The position numbers and the translations under genes were made by a program. Shown here in pieces: positions 13,768 through 27,564 of a DNA stretch of 64,000 nucleotides. Position 1 is the first letter of the stretch, and every line of letters starts with the position of its first letter. The notes under the pieces were generated by a model, which saw only the letters and a list, made by a program, of their open reading frames with translations, was not told the origin of the DNA and did not search any database. Source of the stretch: Paramecium tetraurelia (taxonomy: Eukaryota); NCBI GenBank assembly GCA_000165425.1, contig CT868341.1, positions 248,001-312,000 on the forward strand, read 5' to 3'.

Positions 13768-15091
13768 ATGGGAAATACTATGGTTTTAGAAAATGAGGAC
13801 TACATATCATCTAATATAAGTTTATTAAAGGATAACCTTAAGTACATTAGCTCTAAGAGACATCAATATTTTGGATAGATTCAAATATGGAAGAACAAAG
13901 CAAATCCTTAAGAATGGATATTTTCAAAAGTACATAGTGATTAAGCAAAATAGATTACTTAGATTGATATTGATTAAAATATTATTAATACTTAACATAT
14001 AGAAAGGAAGTCAATGAAACACGAAAATTTATTAAAATATTATGGTTGTACCATTAAAGAATAAACATTTTAAGGAACAATTAAAGAGTATAGAGTTTAT
14101 TATGAATTTTAATTAATCACTTTATCGAAGGTTCTTTAAGATTATAAATAGAATGGTTAATACGTTGCCGAGTCATTTATATGGAAAGTACTAATTTATG
14201 ATACTATTAGTTAATTACATAAATCTCAAATGTTTTTGGTTATCTAGAGTGTTAGAATAAGTACCACTAAAATATCACCTTGGATAGCCTCTTTTTTGAT
14301 AAAGAGAAAAATCTAAAAATTTTGGTATGACCTAATTTAAACATAGTATCATGGTGCTTTACCAAACATACTATCAACATATGCTTAAACATTAGGAAAT
14401 TATAATTCAAATATTTCTTTAACTCCTTAACAGATGAAGGATTACTAAAACCATCTAGCTTGTCTATAAATAAATCCTTTCAAGTAGGATTCATATTAAT
14501 TTGGAATTGTTTTAGTATCGATAATGAGTGGCAAAGGTAATAATATTGGTTTTTAAGTAATTTTAAGATGTCGCAAAGTGCACAGATTTTTATAAAGAAG
14601 TAATACATTATTAGTAAATATTAAATTTTTTGGGTTCAGCATTTCATTATTATTCCTAAAATTTGATTAATTTAGTAGTCAGCTTATTATAATATGATGA
14701 TTTATCAAGACCCAATATTTCCGAATTATTAAAAGCAAAAATTTATAAGAAACTTCCATTCTTAAACTAAAAATAGCTCAAGAAATATAAATAGCCTGAA
14801 AAAAATACTCTGAAAAGGATGGATTCAAAAATATCTTATTCCTTCTAAACGGAGAGAACTGATAGTTTAAATAATATTCTGACTGAACATAATAAGCTGA
14901 CTCGTTCGATAACAAATACCACAATAATCTATTCTTCGCCAGTAAAATTTTCATCAAGAACTTCAACTGCATATCCTAAAAAATATTCATTAGTAGATGG
15001 GTATTTTACTCCTAATACAAAATAATCAAGAACCATTTCATATAGATTTTTTACAAGTAATAAAAAGATTTAATCGCCTTATATACAATGA
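13768..15091 (+). CDS. Protein kinase-like protein, probable pseudokinase
   Basis: MKHENLLKYYG...YRVYYEF...ESFIWK kinase-lobe pattern; catalytic loop reads YHQNITLDSLFF, DFG position reads YHG. Confidence 0.65.
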
Positions 15092-15128
15092 TTATTTTAT
15101 ATAATATATACTGAATATTTAATGTTCT

Positions 15129-16271
15129 TCAATATTTTGAATATTTATTGTTGGTTTTGGTAACAGTTGTGGTTTTGTACTCTGTTACAGGCTTGGTTTC
15201 TGCCTTGCTTTTAAATTCAGTGAATTCCTTCTGGTAAGTTTCTGGTAAATATTTAGATCCTCTTTGCAATTATGAAGCAGATATATTATTTTGCAATTAA
15301 GAATTTCTTGCTTCAAAATTCTAGCTAGCTTTCTAATTGATCAAATCTAATTTAGAATTTATAGAATCTTTGGGATTTATTGGGTCTTATGATGAATATT
15401 CATATGTATCGGTTTTTCCATTGACTGTTGAGACTACTTATTTTCTTACTTCAGTTGGTTTATTTGTTCCTTTGCTTTCTACTGTATAAGTAGTTATCTT
15501 CTAATAATTTGAAGTTTGTGGTTACTGTTACTATTAATATTACATTTGAGGCATTTAATAACTTGTAGGTCCTGATGGAGGTAATTTTGATGGTTGGAAT
15601 GATTATTATTGGGTCAGTTAATCTTCCAAAATAGCGATTTGTTACTACTGTTGTTAGACTTTATTTGAGAGACTATTCATATTTAATCTTAACTCATCAT
15701 TTTCATGCTATAAATCATCAATATGTGCATGCAATTAATCTATTTCATTGGAATTTGCAGCCTATTGATTTGTTTTTTCCAGTTCTTTCTACAATCTTAC
15801 TACTTCATCACATTATTTCTAATAACGATTTACATATTCAAGCTTCTATAATCTTTCGTCTTTCAATTCTTTATGTATTTTATTTAGTTCTGCTTCCAAT
15901 TCTCCTAGTTGTTAATCCTTCATCTATTTGAATTAATCTAACTTCTACCTTTCCAATTGCAATTTTTGGATTAATTCTTCATTGCCTTGGTTATTTTACT
16001 TAAAATAAAGATTTATATCTTATACCTAATTTTGTTTAGCATATTGTAATTCTTATTACAAATACATTACATCTTGGTTTTTAAGTCTAAGTGCTTCTGT
16101 CATTCGTTATAGCTCTTATGTTAGCGTCCTCATCCTCTCAATGCAGCCAGTATGCCTTTCATTACTTTAGACCACATCAAGTTGTTGAGGAGATTATAAT
16201 TGCTGATTCATAGAGCCCCTTACATTCTCTTGTCTAATTACTGAGTTTCTTTTATCTTGTTGATAATTCAT
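15129..16271 (-). CDS. Coiled-coil protein with Q/S/T-rich tail
   Basis: MNYQQDKETQQLDK... heptad-rich, one tiny intron, ends NKYSKY-TGA. Confidence 0.7.
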
Positions 16272-16317
16272 TTATTTATGCAAAATAATTAAATAAAAGA
16301 AAACTTTCAAATCATAA

Positions 16318-16947
16318 TCAAATTCCAGTTGTATGCTACAAAATATAAGTAAATATAGCCATTAGGTCTTTTTTATCTATTTTTTTATCTCTGTAAATGT
16401 CAAAAATTTCAATTAAAATAACTTGATCTTGCTTATCTAATTTTTAATAACCCAAAGTCTCCATTAGTTAACTCATTTTGTTAAGATCAAGAATTTCGTT
16501 TTGATCACAAAGTAAATTCAGACACTCTTATAATGGATCATAATCTGTAATAGGTTCGCCATTCCATAATTCATAAATATCTTTGGCACTGACTTCTTGT
16601 TTTCCTTGAAAAACAGTGTTTATTAATGATATATCAGCATTGGGATTACATAATTCTATTTTATTGTAACTTCTTACACATTCTCTTTTTTAGATCCTGC
16701 ACAGAGATTTTGCCATTCTAAGTGCCAGGAACTTTTTTTAAGATTCTCTCCATTTCCCCCTGATCAAAATACACATTGTCATGATGTTTACCAAATATTT
16801 TATAATCTGAAAGTTATATATTCTTTTACCCAAAACTCCTGTTCCTTATAATTGATTGATATATTTTTTCAATTATATAGCTGACTACCTTTTGGCATTT
16901 GCTTATTGTGGCTGCTATTAAATAGGCTATTTATTAGGCTGATTCAT
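16318..16947 (-). CDS. Hypothetical protein (possible degenerate EF-hand C-terminus)
   Basis: Code-6 frame MNQPNKQPIQQQPQ...DPLQECLNLLCDQNEILDLNKMSQLMETLGY. Confidence 0.55.
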
Positions 16948-17114
16948 CTAATATAATATATTTAAGTGATTATAGATTTTGATTAAATTGGTTTAATCAA
17001 AAGAACAATATAAGATGACTAAATTCTAAAGAATATAATTATTTCACTATTAATAAAGGGAATTATGATGAACTTCTCATAATTTAAAGTTTAAAACATC
17101 TATAAAAGAATATA

Positions 17115-18196
17115 TCAGAGTTCTAAGGAAATGATGTATTATTAAATAAAAAACATAAAATCAAAATAAGACTTAATTTAAATCTTAATAATATAGTTGA
17201 AGACTTAGTTATTATATGATCAGAAAATGCTACAACAATGATTTCTATTTTTTGACATGCTTTAATTGTCAATTAAACCTTCATATCTTAAATATTTGAA
17301 TCCATTATTAGAAAAAGGTTCCAACATTCTATTTATGACTTCTATCATATCTAAAATTTTATAATCTATTTCTTTTATTTCCTCTTTCAAAGTATTAATT
17401 ATTGTTTTCTTAAAATCTCTTGTCATGTTGAACACTAATGAAATCCTATAATAACATAGTTTTAAATACTTTAAATCATAAATAATAGGATTATTTGAAT
17501 CCTCAAAAAATCTAATTTGGAGTGTCTAAAGATATTCATCTGATTCCAGTTTTACGCAATTATGACATATTTACTATTGATAAAATATCAAATGATACAT
17601 AAATCATGTCAACTGAAATAGCTTCAAGCATTTTATTATTACTAGAAAATAAAGCAAAATTTAATTTTTGTTTAGCATCAAATGGACAAGTATACTTTAT
17701 TTAAGGGTATAATTTTTGATCATTTAAATACAATTGATAATTATCATCGTTAGGTTAATTGAGTATAAATATTTGATAATATTCTTTGGAAGTGACGAAT
17801 ATTTTGTTAGCATCTATTTTGTGAAGAATTTCTATATTATTTTTCAAATTATTGATGAGTTCATCTAACTGTAGTATTTTTAGATGCTTTATTTTGATAC
17901 TGTCCAATAATTCCTCAACAAACATGTTTGCAGTGAATTCTAGAGAATTGGAAGACCTCTTAAATGATTATATGACATACATTTGTTAAAGGAGTTAGGA
18001 AACCCTCTCTCACATTGTTTTGGCACTCCTTGATTACATCTTTCAACGGATGATCACTTGAAAGCTTTTAAATGAAGGGAACGTTTTCATTGATAGGGTC
18101 ATTTTATTCAATATTCTAGTTTTTTAGAGAATACAAAAGACTCAGCCTTTTCTTGTTTATTTCTCTTGCTCTAGGTGATAGGAAATCAAGTTCCAT
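17115..18196 (-). CDS. Hypothetical protein
   Basis: MELDFLSPRAREINKK... long code-6 frame; 3' end approximate. Confidence 0.5.
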
Positions 18197-18231
18197 TAAA
18201 TAATTAATAATATTTAAGTGACAAATAATTC

Positions 18232-19270
18232 TCATCTTCTTTAATTTAAATAATCTCTAGCGCTTTTATCTCTGCCATGATATCCTCTATTCGGCATGGT
18301 TGATGATTATCTGGATCCACCCCCTCCATTACCATATCTACTTTCATAAAATCCACCTTAATTTCCATATTGAGGTCCAAACTTCGATTAAAATTTACTA
18401 AAATTGAAATCATCTTCATCATCAGAACTCAATCCTTACTTATGTCTTCTTCTTCTTCTTCTTTGTTTAATTTCCTCAATAATTCGTGTATATTTTTCTA
18501 TCAATTCATCATCATCTTCATCTGTTTAATCATCATCATCTCCATCATCACTTTCTGTAACTTTTTATTAATAACCTGTGATTTAAGTAGGAGGAACTTT
18601 GTTTTTATACAAATCTTCAGGATTAGAAAGTGGATTTCCCATATCATCTGTAATAAATTAGTTTTGTTGATTAGGATACTTAATTTCTTGTTTATAGGGT
18701 TTTGGTACCATAACTTCGTAAGGTATTTCCACAGGAATTGGTACTTTCTCTTAAAAATTAATTAATATTTATACCTATGATTGTTTAAACAGGTATATAT
18801 TCTACAATAGTCCTCTCCACTGGAACAATTTCTTCTATTTCTTGTTCCTCCATTTTCACTATTTATTTTTTTTATGGAATATAATTCACTTTCCTCTCAA
18901 TTTAAGCTGGCTATGTTATTTGCAATGGAGGAGGTTGAACAATTTATTATTAATATTAGACTTATGGTTAAGGTTAAATTAAATTTTAAACAACTAATGG
19001 CTGTTATTAATAATTTATTAAGTGCTGAGATAATTATCCTTGATTCACTCCCTAAAGTGGCATTGAAAATTAGAGAGGCAACTATCCTTTATATTGCCCA
19101 ACTCCTGGAAAAGGTAGTTAAGCACTTAAAGGCACAAAAGTTTATTATGAATTCTATTATTATAGTCCAAAAGTCGGCTGAATCATTCCTAATCCCATTT
19201 AAACATTCTAGCCTGGACCAGCACTTAATCTTGGACCTTACAATTAGCCTTGTACACTTTATGCTAACAT
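18232..19270 (-). CDS. Epiplasmin/alveolin-like cortical cytoskeletal protein
   Basis: Q/P/G-rich N-terminus, then IERKVNYIP...EEIVPVERTIVEYIPV...EKVPIPVEIPYEV repeats and an acidic C-terminal region; one intron. Confidence 0.75.
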
Positions 19271-19343
19271 TCTATTCAATTAATAAATTAATTATTAGGT
19301 TTTGTCAGTTAAATGCTTATTAGTATTCAACCTATCATTACAA

Positions 19344-19423
19344 GTTGACGTGGCCGAGTGGTCTAAGGCGCTGGATTAAGGCTCCAGTCCGAAAGGGCGC
19401 GAGTTCGAACCTCGCCGTCAACA
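19344..19423 (+). tRNA. tRNA-Leu (anticodon AAG)
   Basis: GTTGACG/CGTCAAC acceptor stem, TGGCCGAGTGG A-box, CTGGA-TTAAGGC-TCCAG anticodon arm, long variable arm, GTTCGAAC T-loop. Confidence 0.96.
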
Positions 19424-19432
19424 TTTTTTTTT
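19424..19432 (+). terminator. Pol III oligo-T terminator
   Basis: Run of 9 T immediately after the tRNA. Confidence 0.8.
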
Positions 19433-19467
19433 ATATTTCAGCTCTAATCAATAATATTTTTATTTTT

Positions 19468-20121
19468 ATGAAAACCAAAGACCTTGCATCGTGTCAATTT
19501 CCAGATAACAAATAGCAGTTTTATTTATTTATTATTCTCTATAGATTGTTAGATATTTATCTACTTACCTTTTATAAAAAGCCCCCGATATAACCAATCC
19601 CTGTAAACCAATAAAGCACCTAAAGAAAGTTGTCTATCAAAAGAAAAGCAGGTTCGGTTAAAGAAATCTTCTAAGAAAATGCAAAGCCAATTAAGGATCA
19701 ACTTCACCTACAACCATTAAAACAAAATTAATTTCAGAGAGTTCTATCTTAAAATACTAGATGTAAAGACATCCCTGAAGAAATTGCTACAGAAAGACCA
19801 TCTCTCTCTAAGTCGAAGAATAAAAGATACAAAAGTGTAAATCTAACCAAAAAGTTTTAATATTTACATAAAAAAATTGAACCACTAGAAACAACCCAAA
19901 ATATTAACTAGTATCAATCTTATAGAATAAATTGCAATCCTATTAATAGTAATTTGGAATCAAAATGGAATAGCTAATTAAATCAATTAGAATAATTTAG
20001 TTAAAATTCAGAATTATATCCTCAAAATAATAATCCTTGTCAAAACAAGGTGTACCATAAAAAATTGATTTTTCCAAAAGAATTTTCAGCGAATGGTCTA
20101 TACAAGAAATATTTTGCTTGA
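19468..20121 (+). CDS. Hypothetical protein
   Basis: MKTKDLASCQFPDNK + tiny intron, open frame to YKKYFA-TGA. Confidence 0.6.
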
Positions 20122-21202
20122 TCAAGACTTGATTTAATTAATTTTATTTAAAATTATGATGGTTATTATTATATAGAAAATACCAATTCAAAAAGTATGA
20201 CACTTTAAACTTCAAATTTTATAAAATTAACAATTTTTTCCTACTCATAGTATAATTTTGAACTTAAATTACAATGATACCTTAATTTCTGTAAAGTTGA
20301 TTATATTACCCATGTAAAATATGTTACAACAAATTAACCAACTTAAAATAGAAATATTTTAATTCAGAACTAATTTCTAAAATTAACTACATTAAATATG
20401 ATTGGTAACTTATTTAAGAAAATATTTTAATTTGATAAAGCTCTTACTAAATAAAATATTTAAAATACAGTAATTATTACAACAAAGATATATCCATAAA
20501 TGATGATGTCTTGAAAGTAAACGAAATAGGGGAAACAAGCATTGTATTTGTCAATAATCGATTAATATTTTGACGTATCCTCTGGTGTTGATAAATCTAG
20601 ATTCAACTATAGTATAATTTACTTATTAAGTCGTTTGATATTAAAATATTTTTATCTTATTCTTTTCATCTGAATTATTTCTTTATGATACCTATTTTCA
20701 CTTTCGTAATTTCAAACATAAATTTTAATTGAAAAGATTCATCTGATTTCCTTTATTCAAATTTTTTCAGCAATTTCTTTATCAAAAAAACCATACTAAC
20801 ACTGAATGTCTAATTTTTGAAAGGGTTCTTTAAAATAAAATATACTCAATGTTGAAATAAGAGATAATTATTCTAAGTTTAATAGATGTATTTGGTATTT
20901 TACTTTGATGACAAGTTATGATAAAAATATATTAACTTAATCAAATTATATATGGTATAGATATGTAATACATCAAAGAGTTAGGGAATCATAAAGATTA
21001 TTCATGTAAATTATTATGGCATTTTTGTTAAAGATTAGTTAGAAAAGCAATCCACAGAAATGAAAATGAAATAAATACATAGATATATACTTTGACCATA
21101 TTAATATCCAGATTACAATACAAATAGAAATATCAAATATCTCTATGTATTACAAGTTATATAGTATTAATATCATTGTTTAATGTACATATTTTATATT
21201 GA

Positions 21203-21680
21203 TCATGCTTCTTAATTTATTTGGAGTCTTTCGCACAAATCCTTAAGGTATGTAATATTTTAATTGATTCTTGAGTTTTTATCCTTTATAATAGAGCATG
21301 CCACAACATTTCTACTTGTACCACACATTCTGCCTAAGTCGACCTTGCTCTTAACAAAAACATAAGGGACATTCTAAGTTGGTCAATATTTCGAATACCT
21401 TGTCCCTCGCATAATAATGGCAAATGAAGAACGATTTCTTAATGGAGTTGTATCAGCAAGCCAATTATAACCAACTCTGCAATACCTCTATTTAATGTTT
21501 TGGGTAGTTTCATTGGCTCCTTTTTTTTTAACTATTGATTGTAATCAGGATTTACTTATTTTAAGGCAGCTGCTTATTATGCAAGTTCTAGAAATTTAAG
21601 GTTCTACTTCTTCGTTAGCTAAAGGCTGGGCTCTTTCTGGATATTCTCCTTGCTATTTATATAGGCATTCAATTTACCAT
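21203..21680 (-). CDS. SNU13: Snu13/15.5K (L7Ae family) snRNP/snoRNP protein, with apparent frameshifts
   Basis: LKKGANET..TLNRGIAELVI...DTTP.EIVLHLPLLCE.K / NVPYVFVKSKVDLGRMCG; 3 introns; several extra bases. Confidence 0.88.
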
Positions 21681-21918
21681 TAGTTATTATGTTTACAAAA
21701 TATTAAATGTTAATTAAAAGTTAAATTTATATTGGGTATATATAATCAATAGTACGTGAATTTAGATTAGACTTTATTCTAAAGAATCTTGGAGTGCTTA
21801 TTGTAATTTATATTCAGAAATATTAATAAATAATATAATGAATTCTATAATTTTAATATTAGCTAGCAGATAAGAATACATATTTCACCTTTAAATTTTG
21901 GAAGCTTAGATAAATTCA

Positions 21919-23278
21919 ATGTCGAGTAATGATCGAATGTATTTGATGTAAAAAATACAATACAAGATCTTAAAGGTGGAGCAGAGAAGAATTTAAATAG
22001 AATCCCAAACATTATTGAATTATTCTGAGCCTCGTAAATTTTTATAGAAACTTGTGAAAAAATATATAAAAATTCAAGGTTATTATTACTAAAAATTGCA
22101 AGTATTAAGACATGTAAATAGTTATATTTCCCAATTTTCAGTTAAAGAAAATAATTTTTACCAATGCAAAGAAATTAACTATTCAAAATAGCCAGCAATT
22201 CTACAATGAGCACAACAGAAATCATACAACTAATTATCAATTTATAAAAAGAAAGACTGGTTCGTTAAATTGATTCCTTAGTTAAATCCATAAATAGAAA
22301 TGAAGCATTATAGTATTCTAATTTATATAAACTAGAACTGATTTAATCACAAATAGAAACGAGAAGTTTTGTTAAGATCCAATCTAGAGTTTGGAATACT
22401 TAAATCATATACACTTAACTTATTATTTATAAAATAAGCCTACTTACAAAAATGATCCATACGATATCATGAATTTAGATGAATAAACAAAAGAGTTTTT
22501 AATATCAGGTTTTAAAAGCTACGTTTGTTGTTTAACTAAAACCAAAAATGTATTTATTCCAATAGAAAGCACTCAAGAAATTACTCTATTTAGATATGAA
22601 AAGTATTGGAAAATCCTAAATGATCAAAATAATGCTCTTAATAAGAGGATAACCAAATTCTATTTTAAAAATTACCAATAAATTTAAACCACTCTTGAGA
22701 AACAAATAATCTGCTCGGTACATCGTTTACCAGTAAAACTCCATCAAAAGTAAAACAAAAGAAATATATTTCATAAAATAAGATTAAGCAAATAAGAAAA
22801 TGAAGGCAGAAATTCTAGGACATTTTAAGATGGGTTCTAGACTGATAAAGAACCCTATGTGGGGAATTCTGTTGGCATAGAATCATAAGGTGAGATATTT
22901 TCTCATTTAAAGAACATTGTACTGTCTTCATCTAAAACAAGAGAGTAAAAATCAAATTATGAGAATAAAAAATATATTCTTAGAGATAGTTAAATTCGAA
23001 ATGAACATGAGATGATTTAAAGTTAATTGGTTTTATGTGGTAAATCTATGAAATTCCCTTATAATGAGTAAGAGAAGAAAAGAATCCTAAGTAATATCTT
23101 TGAAAATAAGGACAATGCTAATAATGCTTCTAAAGACAAATCAGTTGAACAGGTGTCACTTTCTTTAACCAAAAATTTGAAAATCTAAAAATAAGGATTG
23201 AGTAATAAATACCACTTAATAAAAATCAAACAAAACTGCAGTCAGCTTAAATTATAACAGTTATAATTATAAAATTGA
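21919..23278 (+). CDS. Hypothetical protein
   Basis: Long code-6 frame with little TGA interruption; no motif recognised. Confidence 0.5.
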
Positions 23279-23380
23279 ATTATGTTATTCATATGATAAA
23301 GAAACTTATTACAACTATTAGTTTATAGGTTTTATTTAACAGTTGAAACATAACAATTGCGATAATAAATGATTTTTATT

Positions 23381-24182
23381 ATGAATTTTAATAATTATAA
23401 TGTAAAACCTAGAAAAGCTATTGATAGCTCCAAAGCAATACAAATTCTACTTAATAATTCATCATTGTTTGAATTTAATACACGGAGTATACTATTGCAA
23501 AAATTACCTTGATAACCTGATAAATGATAGATTGCCATTCACATTAGCATGGTTTAGATGCTCATTTTTATTTTTGATTTTTATACTAAGTTTAGGTGCA
23601 TCCATCCTTTATGTTTTAATAATACCTTAAATAATTACTTTAAATTAATAGCGTACAAGGGATTTTATCAATTCATTTAAATTATTGTTAAAACAAAAAT
23701 TGAATACATATATGGGGTGGATAGAAGATATTGTGTATTTACTATATTGTTTTGGATTGGGATTGATGATTTGGGACATTCTGACGACTTAAGAAGAAGA
23801 AATTCAAGATGTAATGTAAAATTAATAATTTATTATAAATAGAAATTCTATAAGATATTAAGTTACAATCGGCATTGTCAAATACCTTATCATTAAGTTT
23901 GTTTTAGAGAAATGGATGCAGAAAGCTATATTACAAACGGAATAAAATTTAATAATGAAAACATATTAATTGAATGAAAAATCAGAAATAATCTAAGAAC
24001 TCTGTCCAATATGTTATGATTCCTTCAAATCTAAAGAACAAATAGCACAATATTTATGTCCAGGAAATCATAAATTTCATCAGGAATGCTTAATGAAATG
24101 GTTATAAGCGCCTTATAATAAAAGAAAGTCATGTCCTTACTGCAAATAACAACCATTAAATCGAACTAAAGACTTTTTATGA
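23381..24182 (+). CDS. Multi-pass membrane RING-H2 E3 ubiquitin ligase-like protein
   Basis: Hydrophobic segments followed by CPICYDSF...CPGNHKFHQECLMKWL...SCPYCK. Confidence 0.85.
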
Positions 24183-24608
24183 ATAGGTTATTCATAGTTT
24201 AATAATTTTATGTTTTTTTCTTATGAAATTAGAACATTATAAATAAGTATTCTAGATTTTTCTTCAGATTTATAAATAGAAATCTGATAATCATAATTTT
24301 ATTTCAAAATAAAAATTAAAATGTTTTTAAAACCCTTAATTAATAGTCTATATTCATATTGATTCTATTCTTATTATTTATTTCACTTTGATAAATCTTG
24401 AAGGAAGAGTAAACAGGAAATTTTAGATCTGTTGATATTCGAATGTTTGATTTAAAAGAGAAAACAATTTAATACATTAGGATAGGGTGTTTTTAAAGGT
24501 GTTAGAGAAAGAATTAAAATAGTGATATAGATGGTATTATAAGTTCTTAATTTACTATTATTTCAGTGAATTTTTGAATATATTTACAGATGTATTACAT
24601 TATTTCAA

Positions 24609-25119
24609 TCATGCAAACAAGAGTAATCGTGGGTTTCTGGGCAAATCAAAGTTATTTGATCTATCCATTATAGGAAGGTTCAGAAATAATAAAAAATATT
24701 TTAGCACAAAAATATATTCATTCAAATTTGCGTGATCCCTTTCTCTCAATTTCTCTTTCAACAAAACTTATAAAAGTAAATTAAATATTCTCGCTTTATG
24801 TTCTTTATCTTGCCATCTTCATTGGGCTGGGAGTAAGTTATTAATCTACCCAAACTACAGGTGTTTTGCCATCTTCTTCAACTTCTTAAATTACTGTGTT
24901 TGGGTCGCAGTATATTTTTTTTTTCACTTAAGGCTATTAGGTTATAAGGTTTATGCTTACTATTTCTGTTTAAGCATCACTAAGCAAATCTAGATCCTCC
25001 ATTCCAACATCCGGTTCTTATTTTGGTTTTAAACAAGGTTTTTTTGGTGCTTTATCAAAGGTGTTTACATATTCTTCATAAGTCATTGAAGAGTTCAATC
25101 TCTTGCGTTATTCTTCCAT
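24609..25119 (-). CDS. Hypothetical protein
   Basis: MEEQRKRLNSSMTYEEYVNTFDKAPKKPCLK... code-6 frame; 3' end uncertain. Confidence 0.5.
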
Positions 25120-25327
25120 AATTTTTATTTTTGTTATTTATAAAGATCTTATTTTATTTATTATTACGCAATAATCCTTGTTCCTTCGATTTATAGGAGT
25201 AGTATTGGAAAGGAAATTAGATTTATAAGGAATTGTTTATAGAAGATTAAGTAAATATGAATTGTTGATTTGATAAGAAATAATTGTTACGAAAATTGAA
25301 TAACTAAAGTTGAGAAAGGCAAATAAA

Positions 25328-26366
25328 ATGAACAAAAAAGATTTGATGTAAATTGGAAAAAATTATTAATCTAACATTTATTCTTGAAGTTCTTACTAAA
25401 TTGGAATAATAATTCAATATTAAAAATGAAGAAATTGATGAGTACTGTGTTCTTCACCCATTCATTTAGTAAAATAAGTAATTTTGATGTAATTATAATG
25501 GATTCTTTTAAAGGATGTCATATGTAAATATTAAATTCATATCAGAAAGAGTAATCTAAACTAATACATTAACAATCCAACATTGTTCAAATAAAAGATA
25601 ATCAACTTAATTGGAGAAAACAAATCCAGTAACAATACAGCAATTTGGATTGAACTAAAGAATGACTAATTACGTTTGGCTCCAGTATTACAAAGATAAT
25701 ATGTAGATCTTAATCGAATAAGGATTCTAAATGCATAGAGTAGCAGGAACTGTATTGAAATTTTCAAAATGGCTACTTGAGGGTGAAAGTAGACTGCCTA
25801 GTTAAGCAACACATTTTATTGGGGTCGGAGGGATAGTTGTAAAGGATAATTGTGTATTACTTGTGCAAGAAAAGAATGGACATAGAATGGGAGCATGGGG
25901 TACTCCAGGAGGGTTATTGGACCTTAAGGAATCTTTGATCTAGGGTGTCTTAAGAGAGGTGAAAGAGGAAACAAATTTAGATGTAAATATTAATAATTAT
26001 ATAATAAAAGTGTTAAGTAGAGGATGTGTTGTATTTTAGAGAGATGCATGATGCTAGATATGAGAAGACAGATATGTACTTTGCGTTTTAATTGAAATGT
26101 TTGGATGATAAATAGATCAAGATTTGTGATTAAGAGTTGATGGATTATAGATGGGTGCCAATTGCTGAGTTATTAGATGTAAATGGTAGTTGATGATAGT
26201 TTAGTTTTTGAAAAAGGAAGGTTAGAAACCTCACGTGATAAACTTCTACAAATCAGTATAGGAACGACTTATAGGAGAGGATAAGAAATATATGAAGATA
26301 GAGGAGAGAGAGGAAATGTATTAGGGTTAAATGAAATATTATGCAGTTTTCAAACCTAGATTTTGA
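25328..26366 (+). CDS. Nudix hydrolase (NUDT6-like)
   Basis: SRLPSQATHFIGVGGIVV...LLVQEK...WGTPGGLLDLKESLIQGVLREVKEETNL (Nudix box); start approximate. Confidence 0.9.
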
Positions 26367-26445
26367 TTAAAAATGCACATTTTAATTTTCACTATATGTT
26401 GTGTCTTGTGGAAGAGATATTAAAATAAGATAATAAAATAATCTA

Positions 26446-27497
26446 ATGAGTTTTCAGAGAATGGGAATTAGTGAAAATAGAAACACTGATAATACTTTGC
26501 ACATCTCTAAAAAGGAGAAAAAAGAAGCTAAGGGGAAGTGCATTGTGTAATAGTACTTTCAAAAAAGTTAGACCAAAAATAAGAGTACATTTTGTATGCT
26601 TATTATTAAAAGGTTTATATGAAGACTCATTAACTATAAATGGCATAGAATAATTTGAAAATTATAAAAAGATGGTGAAGCTTGAGTAGAAGAGGGAATC
26701 AGCCATTGGCATTTCGAGAATCCTTTTTAAAGAATCCTTAAGATAGAGATTTGAGAGACTCTAAAATATCAAAACCATTTAGTAATTGGTGGCTATTCCC
26801 AAATACTAATAATTTTGTAAGATGTTCTTCAATTTAAACACCATCTTAGTTAATTAGACTTTAGCCTTTTAAGAAATAGTTATTTAATTTAAATAGGATT
26901 ATTAAATAGAATTTAAAGTTCAATATTTACAGTAATTCCTATCTATTTGGAATGATGCTTTTCGTTTAGTTTGGAAATATTACTAAAATGAGAAGCTTAG
27001 TTTAGAAGTGGGCATAAAAGATTAGTAATTTCATTAAAATGATGATAAGAACATTATTTTTCAATAGAAATTACTTGATTATATCCAAATCAAAGGAGAA
27101 TGTATAGATTTATACCCTCTTCCAAATATGGAGAATATTTAGTAAGACATAAAAAACTAAGATTAAGAGTCACATTCTACTCACACAATCATGAGAGATT
27201 AATAACATTCATAAAGTAACAACTAATTAAAATAAATTGCTATTGAATTATAACAATACTTTCATCTTCGAGATGTATCCAATATGTATTTGATCAATAT
27301 TGAGAAATATCTGATCAAAAAGTCAAATGATTTGAATTCCAATAATGGAATTTTAACAATTATAAATAATTTGATATCCAGATATCCTGAATGGATTACC
27401 ATAGTTTAAGGATAAACAGACAAAATAGTCAGAATCAATAGAGCTATTGACATTAAACAATTAATGCTGGAGTATGAATGTCTGGATTGCAATTGAG
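26446..27497 (+). CDS. Hypothetical protein
   Basis: MSFQRMGISENRNTDNTLHISKKEK... long code-6 frame. Confidence 0.6.
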
Positions 27498-27564
27498 AAT
27501 TATATTAAATCAAGAACAACACAAATAATATAATTATATTATTTCTCTTATATATATATTATTC

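Noticed and set aside
18370..19323. Two long + strand ORFs (131 and 149 aa) in the track
   Set aside because: They are antisense shadows of the minus-strand epiplasmin-like gene.
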